This document shows positions 1 to 5,341 of a stretch of DNA of 34,965 bases, one piece after another. This DNA is from Lacipirellulaceae bacterium (GTDB lineage Bacteria; Planctomycetota; Planctomycetia; Pirellulales; Lacipirellulaceae), in NCBI GenBank assembly GCA_035545135.1, contig DASZZA010000271.1, forward strand, positions 1 through 34,965, given 5' to 3'. The notes beneath the pieces are model-generated. The model searched no databases. It had not been told where the DNA came from and saw only the letters and a list, made by a program, of their open reading frames with translations. The translations under genes were made by a program, and so were the position numbers. How positions within the stretch are numbered: position 1 is the first letter of the stretch; every line of letters begins with the position of its first letter.

Positions 1-136
1 TACTAAAGTCATTCGGGTTTTTTAGCGGTAGCAACCTGCACCCTGTGGTTGTCATCGGCATTTCGCAGCGTGCAGAGCATCACCTTCTTCTCTGAAATGG
101 CGATCATTTGTATCGCCAAATGATTTGCGATTTTTT

Positions 137-200
137 GGCCCAGGTAGGTCACAAGATTTTGAATCTTGCAGCGGAGGTTCGAATCCTCCTCCCCGAACCA
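137..200 (+). tRNA. 3' portion of a tRNA-Gln(UUG)-like sequence (D-arm to CCA) lacking the 5' acceptor strand; probable phage att core
   Basis: D-arm ggcc/ggtc (137-150). Anticodon arm caaga-ttTTGaa-tcttg (152-168), anticodon TTG at 159-161. T-arm ggagg-ttcgaat-cctcc (173-189). 3' acceptor tccccga, then A and CCA (190-200). The complementary tcgggga is not present upstream, where 128-134 reads cgatttt. Confidence 0.55.
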
Positions 201-202
201 GA

Positions 203-234
203 AACGCGAAAAACCCCGCCGACCTCCCCAGCGG
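203..234 (-). terminator. Rho-independent terminator ending the leftward phage operon
   Basis: The minus strand reads ccgctg-gggaggt-cggcgg (6-bp stem including one G-U pair), followed by GGTTTTTCGCGTTTC. It lies downstream of the last minus-strand gene and next to the tRNA fragment. Confidence 0.6.
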
Positions 235-365
235 AACAGGGAGATCGACGGGGCAACCCGACTAAGAGCGGAGCGGGGGTGCTGCTCTAGCGGGATTTCA
301 TATGAACTTCGGCACGATAAAAACGGCAGCGATCAGGAAACTGGCGGCATACATCCCACGGCGGA

Positions 366-716
366 TTATTCGCTGCTTGAGTGTTGCGGAAGCTCTTTCA
401 ACCAGTCCGGGACGTGGATGCCAACCGCCGTCGCTATCGTCGTTAGCATGAGCAGCAGGGGCCAGAGTTCCTTGATGACCTGTAGCCATTCCAGGACCGT
501 CGAGGATGAGCTTTTGTCTTTCTTCTTGAGCATGACGATCTGCCGGCCGTGGGCTTCGAGCTTGTTGCTGTGCTCTTTCAATGTCTCCCGGACCTCGTGA
601 TGAAACTCCTTCCCGTCGTCCAGCCGTTGCTCGATCCGTCCGTTCGATTCCTTGAGGTCGAACAGGGTTCGAAGCATGAGATCCGAGCGAGGGTCGATCT
701 GATGGCCGTTGTTCAT
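366..716 (-). CDS. Small tail-anchored membrane protein (charged helical N-region plus C-terminal TM); lysis-module accessory, possibly holin-like
   Basis: 116-aa ORF with GAGAGAGGG just upstream of the ATG. Helical charged segment NGRIEQRLDDGKEFHHEVRETLKEH. Single hydrophobic stretch LWPLLLMLTTIATAVGI near the C-terminus. Confidence 0.6.
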   Translation of the reverse strand: MNNGHQIDPRSDLMLRTLFDLKESNGRIEQRLDDGKEFHHEVRETLKEHSNKLEAHGRQIVMLKKKDKSSSSTVLEWLQVIKELWPLLLMLTTIATAVGIHVPDWLKELPQHSSSE

Positions 717-783
717 CGCCCTCTCTCAGCTCCAGGATTCCAGCGGTGATGTCCGCGTATGAAGCCATGATCCCCCGCCCTCC

Positions 784-1230
784 CTATGGTAGGTCAAACC
801 AGGAAGACGCGGGTTTACGAGCATGCTTTTTGACGGAGACTTTCTTCTTTGGGATTGAGCCCGTCGTGATCGGAGCCGGTTCGGGCTTGGCTTCTATGGC
901 TTTCAATCGGCTATCGAGTTGGTGCTGTCCTGCTTCCATCACGTCCATTCGTCGGGACATGGAATCGAGGCTTGCACGCGTGGCCGTCTCTCGCGCGGAA
1001 AGCATGACCGAGGCTTCTGAGCGTGTCAGGTAGGTCGGAGAACGGTAGGCGCTCGCCATGCCACAGAGAAGGCCGGTGAGCAGGATTACGCCAACAACGG
1101 CCTTCGTCTTCCATGACGTGTTCCAAGCCCAATCCCATGCGGATTTGAGCCAACCGCGTGCTTTCTTTGCGTCGTCGATGACGGCGGTTTCGACGCCTTC
1201 GACAGCCTCGATAATCTCGTCGCTTTTCAT
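784..1230 (-). CDS. Single-pass membrane protein of unknown function (lysis accessory or exclusion candidate)
   Basis: 148-aa ORF with a GGGGG SD 5 nt upstream of the ATG. Trp-rich WLKSAWDWAWNTSW, then TM AVVGVILLTGLLCGMASAY, then a coiled-coil-like region and a Lys-rich tail. Confidence 0.6.
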   Translation of the reverse strand: MKSDEIIEAVEGVETAVIDDAKKARGWLKSAWDWAWNTSWKTKAVVGVILLTGLLCGMASAYRSPTYLTRSEASVMLSARETATRASLDSMSRRMDVMEAGQHQLDSRLKAIEAKPEPAPITTGSIPKKKVSVKKHARKPASSWFDLP

Positions 1231-1239
1231 TGGAACCCC

Positions 1240-1482
1240 CTATTTTGTGATCGTGCGAACCCACCGTTTCAGGCAGGCGTCCTTACTCGCTTCACTCTTT
1301 GAATGGTTGATCAGCCGAGCGCTGTAGGCGGTGCTTTCCTCTCCGAGTTTCGGTTTGGGAATGGCTCGGGTCCTCATGCAGCGGGCCGGTGGCTTCACAA
1401 GTCCCGTTGTCGGTGTCGGCATGTCGGCGCAGCCCGCGAGCAGCGTTGCCAGCAAAATTGCAAAACCGTTGGCAATGCGCAT
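1240..1482 (-). CDS. Outer-membrane spanin component (o-spanin lipoprotein, Rz1-like)
   Basis: ATG at 1482 preceded by GGAGG with 6-nt spacing. Starts MRIANGFAILLATLLAGC, i.e. a signal peptide plus LAGC lipobox. Small and Pro-rich. Begins 2 nt after the i-spanin stop. The track start at 1494 is a TTG. Confidence 0.75.
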   Translation of the reverse strand: MRIANGFAILLATLLAGCADMPTPTTGLVKPPARCMRTRAIPKPKLGEESTAYSARLINHSKSEASKDACLKRWVRTITK

Positions 1483-1483
1483 C

Positions 1484-1792
1484 TCAGCCTCCAATCAGTG
1501 TATTGAGCGCATCGACCTGTTGCTGATCGAGCGGGCATTTGTTCTGGAATGTGGAAGCGGTTTTCTCGAACACCGCGAGTTTGGCCTGTGCCTCGATCCG
1601 CTCTTGTGAGACGACATTTGCATCTTCCACGAGCTGCTTTGTCAGGACCGCGTTCTTGGCTTCGAGATCGGCCTTCACAGACGCATAGAGTTGCGCGTTG
1701 GGGCCGTATTCATTTCCCCAATGAAAGATGATCAGGGTATAAAAAAGAGCGCCTAGAGCGCCCCAGAGCAGCTTCGATGTGAGGATGGACAT
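1484..1792 (-). CDS. Inner-membrane spanin component (i-spanin, Rz-like)
   Basis: Internal ATG at 1792 overlaps the endolysin stop as TAATG, with a GAGGAAGG SD upstream. N-terminal TM LLWGALGALFYTLIIF followed by a coiled-coil-like periplasmic region. Directly precedes the lipoprotein gene. Confidence 0.7.
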   Translation of the reverse strand: MSILTSKLLWGALGALFYTLIIFHWGNEYGPNAQLYASVKADLEAKNAVLTKQLVEDANVVSQERIEAQAKLAVFEKTASTFQNKCPLDQQQVDALNTLIGG

Positions 1793-2829
1793 TAGCCTTC
1801 CTCTTTCGGATGCCAGCGGCCCCAGATGTATTCTTCGAGCCGCCAGTTCAGCATCTTGTCGGCAATGATGAACGCTGCAATTCCGAGGATCGCGACCAGA
1901 ACCCACTCATTGATCGCGAAGGCAATGGCGAGGGATTTAGCGGTGCTCGCAATCGTCTGGACTGCGGTCAAACCGTCCGAGGTTTTGTGCAGCGTGTCGA
2001 GGTTGATCACGTCTACGGGGTTCGGAACCGGAGCAACGGTCGTGGTCGTATCGGTCGTGACGCCTGCAACAACACTCGTGGCAGCAACTGCGGCGCTCGT
2101 AACCTTCGCCTTGACCAGAGTTGCGACCGTTCGAGATTTGTCCTTGAGGCTCGCGACCGTGGCGTCGGCCCGTTCCGGAACCGGGATGGGTGCGGGTTTG
2201 GCGGGCACGTGGCACCATTCCGCCGCCAGGTCCGAGCCGCCGAAGACGTTGCAGTCAACGCCCTTGGTTTTAATGCCCGGAATGATCCCGGAGCCGTTCA
2301 CCCCGTCGCCGCTGTATTGCCAAAGCCAATAGCTCGAAAACCCGTTCGGAAGTCTCGCCTTAGGGCCGTACTGCGCCAACCACAGCCGATGCGAAGAAAA
2401 GAACGGGTCGGCTTTCTTCAACTGCTCTTTCAGCAAGTTTCCCGAATAGATGATCGGCCGCTGTCCGGTTTTGTCATAGACCAGTTGCAGGAATTGTTTC
2501 GCCTGCGCGAGCGACATGGTGTTGGTGCGGTTCGGCTCGTAATCGAGCGCGAGCAACGTGTCCGGCTCAGTCCCGGCGACCGATAGGAAGTGCTCGACCT
2601 GCTTCGTGACGTCGGATGCGTCAGCAAAGTGATATGCGCCAAACAAAAGCCCGGCCGCTTTCGCCGCTGCTTTCCGCTTGGCATAATCACCGTCAACGAA
2701 TGAGCCGCCCTGAGTCGCTTTATGGATGACGCCTCGGATGCCCGAAGCGTAAACCTTGCCCCAGTCTTCGACCTCGTCGTGATGCGACAGGTCTAGGACC
2801 AAAGGCACCTTTGCCTTAGCCATTTTCAT
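1792..2829 (-). CDS. GH25-family muramidase (endolysin) with an Ala/Thr/Val-rich linker and a C-terminal transmembrane segment
   Basis: GH25 hallmarks: LDLSHHD near the N-terminus, GAYHF, LALDYE, LWLAQY, WLWQYS, VDCNVFGG. The C-terminus contains WVLVAILGIAAFIIA. The start may instead be the second ATG at 2823, which has better SD spacing. Confidence 0.88.
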   Translation of the reverse strand: MKMAKAKVPLVLDLSHHDEVEDWGKVYASGIRGVIHKATQGGSFVDGDYAKRKAAAKAAGLLFGAYHFADASDVTKQVEHFLSVAGTEPDTLLALDYEPNRTNTMSLAQAKQFLQLVYDKTGQRPIIYSGNLLKEQLKKADPFFSSHRLWLAQYGPKARLPNGFSSYWLWQYSGDGVNGSGIIPGIKTKGVDCNVFGGSDLAAEWCHVPAKPAPIPVPERADATVASLKDKSRTVATLVKAKVTSAAVAATSVVAGVTTDTTTTVAPVPNPVDVINLDTLHKTSDGLTAVQTIASTAKSLAIAFAINEWVLVAILGIAAFIIADKMLNWRLEEYIWGRWHPKEEG

Positions 2830-2855
2830 TCCCCCGAAAGTTTTTGGATGTGGTG

Positions 2856-2915
2856 CTTGAAACGACAGATCAGAAACGATATGTCGCTAAATCTTGAAAC
2901 TCACGACAGATCAGA
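2856..2915. repeat. Two direct copies of CTTGAAAC..GACAGATCAGA immediately upstream of the endolysin gene
   Basis: cttgaaacgacagatcaga at 2856-2874 and cttgaaactcacgacagatcaga at 2893-2915. The second copy overlaps the stop of the 65-aa ORF. Confidence 0.5.
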
Positions 2916-3108
2916 GCTTCGCGAACGTCCCTGGGATCTGGCAGCGGTACTTTTCAACCCGCCAGTTCGGATGCTCTGACTTCCATTTTGCGACTTCGTT
3001 CTGCGCCGCCATGCCGATCTGACACTGGAGCAAAGAGATGTCGGCAAAGGTTAGGGACACATCCCGGCAGTTCAGGCCCATACAGGCCCACATTACGAGT
3101 TCGATCAT
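2911..3108 (-). CDS. Small Cys-containing protein of unknown function (copy A of a duplicated element)
   Basis: 65-aa ORF with GGGGAGA upstream. The core CRDVSLTFADISLLQCQIGMAAQ..W recurs, diverged, at 16407-16583. Confidence 0.55.
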   Translation of the reverse strand: MIELVMWACMGLNCRDVSLTFADISLLQCQIGMAAQNEVAKWKSEHPNWRVEKYRCQIPGTFAKL

Positions 3109-3145
3109 CGCGCGGTTTCTCCCCGCTTCTGAAAACGCGCACGCT

Positions 3146-3532
3146 TTATGTCTGGCTATCGATCAGCTTCAATTTTGGTCCAGGGAGGAAGTCGACCAGG
3201 GTCTTGGAAAAGGTCTCCCGCACCGCGTCTCCGGCTCTTTGAACGGCAATGGCTCCCATGGCTATGTTGGCGTCATGGGAGGTTTTGAACTCGTTGCGCA
3301 GATGGTTTACCTCGACGGATACCTTGCTCGTCTGATTGCCGATTTCCAGCAACAGGATGTGATGCAGATCATCCACGCAGGCCCAGTGGTCCATGGGCTG
3401 GCCAGTCTGAGGGTTGGAGCCTGAGATTTTCGACCACCTCTGGCAGTCTCCGGAAAGCACCAAAGCTCTGCATGACTTGTCGAAATTGCAACGATGGCAC
3501 TTGCGCTTTTCGTCAGGGATGTTGTCTAACAT
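3146..3532 (-). CDS. Hypothetical protein with an N-terminal four-Cys cluster (possible zinc-binding)
   Basis: 128-aa ORF containing CHRCNFDKSCRALVLSGDCQRW. No clear SD. Lies in line with the minus-strand operon. Confidence 0.6.
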   Translation of the reverse strand: MLDNIPDEKRKCHRCNFDKSCRALVLSGDCQRWSKISGSNPQTGQPMDHWACVDDLHHILLLEIGNQTSKVSVEVNHLRNEFKTSHDANIAMGAIAVQRAGDAVRETFSKTLVDFLPGPKLKLIDSQT

Positions 3533-3558
3533 TTTGGGTCCATTCGAGAGCAGAACGA

Positions 3559-4167
3559 ATGATTAGAATTGACCGGGCGGTCAGTCTTGGGACGACTTGT
3601 GAAACGGCGTTTCAGCTCCGCCGTGTTTTCGGAAAGCACAATTGCGTCTCAGGCGTTTTCGATTTTCAGGTGACACCGCCAGAAACGGTCATTGAGTATC
3701 TTCGACGCGATTTCGTCGGCCTGTTCGAGTATGACGATTTCATCGTGAAGGACGGGATCGTTCAGAACCGGCGTTTCGGCACCCAACACATGCACGAGTT
3801 CCGCTCAGGAAATATTGATCGGGATTTCGTCGGCGCACGATCCCGTCACGACCATCTCTGTGGCAACATGAGAGTGGCCCTGAAGGGGAACGGGGCTCTT
3901 CTTCTCGCCGCAACACTGCCGCCCGAACGATTGGCTCTAGCCAATGAGATCAAACATCTTGTTCGAGATAGAAACTGCGACTTGGTATTCAGCCTGGAAG
4001 TTCTAAAGCGGCGTCAAGGACCAGACTTAATTGCCAACTGGCAAGGCGACAATCATCAGTGGGATTGCGCCCTCTCGAAGTACCGAGGCAGACCGGAAGG
4101 GTTGACCCCCTACCTCAATCGCCAGGTGAAGCGTTTTGCTTCCCACGTTGTGTCTGGAAAGTTCTAA
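3559..4167 (+). CDS. DUF1796-like putative papain-fold cysteine peptidase (moron on the opposite strand)
   Basis: Taking the internal ATG at 3559 gives MIRIDRAVSLGTTCETAFQLRR...SGVFDF...HEF. This matches my recollection of the DUF1796 N-terminal pattern (SLGxxC, then FD[WF], then H-x-F). GC is about 52% over the first 120 nt by hand count. Converges on the 274-aa fibre gene. Confidence 0.55.
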   Translation: MIRIDRAVSLGTTCETAFQLRRVFGKHNCVSGVFDFQVTPPETVIEYLRRDFVGLFEYDDFIVKDGIVQNRRFGTQHMHEFRSGNIDRDFVGARSRHDHLCGNMRVALKGNGALLLAATLPPERLALANEIKHLVRDRNCDLVFSLEVLKRRQGPDLIANWQGDNHQWDCALSKYRGRPEGLTPYLNRQVKRFASHVVSGKF

Positions 4168-4988
4168 TTTTTAATTGCGATGATGAAGTCTACGTATTGG
4201 AGGTCCAGGTTCGTCGTTCCCGTGAACGAATGGTTGTGAGAGGCCCCGCCTCCTGTGCTACTTGTAAGTCCGCGCGATGGCGTCGTAGCTGATCCGGCGA
4301 GTTGATAGTTGTTGTCGTTGCTATACGTGCCGCCGAACGCCACGGAATTTGATCCATCGAGCGATGCGCCTGAGACGCTCCCAGTTGCCACGAGATGTGT
4401 GTGGGATGGCATTTGATTGATGTTAAGGCTTGTGCCCCCGACAGTTCCCTTGACCACCCCATCAAAGAGACTCGTGAAAGAAACGGTGCCCCCGCTTGAC
4501 GCATTCCCCGACGTAATTTTGATGGCTTTGTTATTATGGGTAGTCAGCTTTGTCCAGCCTGTCGGGGCCGATGTTTGCTGAAATGCCATGGACGTACCAG
4601 TTGGAAAGGAATCCGTTCCTGCGATACGGCAGCCATTCGTCTCGTCGGCAATCACCGTCGATCGCCCCTTTGGAACAACAACGCCAGCAACACCATTGGT
4701 CACGGTAATGGTGAAGTTTCCACTCGTGAGATTTTCCACGAAGTAAAACCCGATGCAGGGGTTAGAAACCTGGATATTTGCGGATTGCGAACCGGTCAGC
4801 CGGACGATGGCATTTTGAGCCTCATCACTGGTAAGAGTGATGTTTGATCCAGCTACGGATTTGGAAACAAGACCTCCTAGGTTATTGTCGATGATGCTGA
4901 TGACGTCATCGTTGAGAATGTCTCCCCAGGTTCCAGAATTGGCCCCAGTAGTTTGTACTTCGTATCCCTTGTTTTGTGTGGTCGTCAT
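4164..4988 (-). CDS. Tail fibre protein with a tail-collar-like C-terminal domain
   Basis: 274 aa. N-terminal GTWGDILNDDVISIIDNNLGG. C-terminal PTGWTKL...LNINQMPSHTHL...GGGASHNHS, a pattern typical of phage tail-collar / MdpB-like domains. Confidence 0.75.
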   Translation of the reverse strand: MTTTQNKGYEVQTTGANSGTWGDILNDDVISIIDNNLGGLVSKSVAGSNITLTSDEAQNAIVRLTGSQSANIQVSNPCIGFYFVENLTSGNFTITVTNGVAGVVVPKGRSTVIADETNGCRIAGTDSFPTGTSMAFQQTSAPTGWTKLTTHNNKAIKITSGNASSGGTVSFTSLFDGVVKGTVGGTSLNINQMPSHTHLVATGSVSGASLDGSNSVAFGGTYSNDNNYQLAGSATTPSRGLTSSTGGGASHNHSFTGTTNLDLQYVDFIIAIKN

Positions 4989-5004
4989 TGGGCAATTCTC
5001 TCTT

Positions 5005-5035
5005 TCAAAAGAAAAGGCCAGCGGTTAAGCTGGCC
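5005..5035 (-). terminator. Rho-independent terminator-like hairpin (minus-strand sense), 17 nt upstream of the 274-aa fibre gene
   Basis: ggccagc-ggttaa-gctggcc at 5016-5035. On the minus strand it is followed by TTTTCTTTTGA. Confidence 0.5.
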
Positions 5036-5074
5036 CTGATAATTAGTTCATTTTATTGAAACGGGGGATCGACT

Positions 5075-5341
5075 ATGCGGGTGGTGATTTCTCTTATTAT
5101 TTCGGTTCTCGTTTTCTCAACGGGTGCTTTCGCAGCATCGTCATGTCGCACTCCGATACATCAGACAAATCAGAGCCTTGGAGAGCCAGGAAAACTGAAA
5201 ACCGCTGTTCTTTGCTGTTGCCCGACGTACAGTGGCGGTCAGTGCTGCGCCAACGTTGGTTTTTGTGGCGGGTTCGTTCCAGGGTGTATGTGTAAGTTCG
5301 GGCACGGACCGGAATCGTTATCGTTCAACGATCGTCACTGA
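5075..5341 (+). CDS. Secreted cysteine-rich small protein (moron on the opposite strand)
   Basis: 88-aa ORF with SD GGGGGA 6 nt before the ATG. Sec-type signal MRVVISLIISVLVFSTGAFA followed by ASS. The mature part has 9 Cys, including CCC and CC clusters (VLCCCPTYSGGQCCANVGFCGGFVPGCMCKF). Visibly more AT-rich than its neighbours. Confidence 0.65.
   Translation: MRVVISLIISVLVFSTGAFAASSCRTPIHQTNQSLGEPGKLKTAVLCCCPTYSGGQCCANVGFCGGFVPGCMCKFGHGPESLSFNDRH

Noticed and set aside
126-200. A complete 75-nt tRNA-Gln gene.
   Set aside because: The 5' acceptor strand required to pair with tccccga is missing (the sequence there is cgatttt). Only the D-arm-to-CCA portion is tRNA-like.
1810-2586. 258-aa and 168-aa plus-strand ORFs across the endolysin gene.
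   Set aside because: They are antisense to a gene with clear GH25 motifs. Their Arg/Gly/Pro/Val-rich composition is typical of antisense frames at this GC content, and they have no SD.
3472-3558. Longer start (MTCRNCNDGTC...) for the DUF1796-like gene.
   Set aside because: It would overlap the divergent 128-aa gene start. The family-like SLGxxC motif follows directly after the internal Met at 3559.
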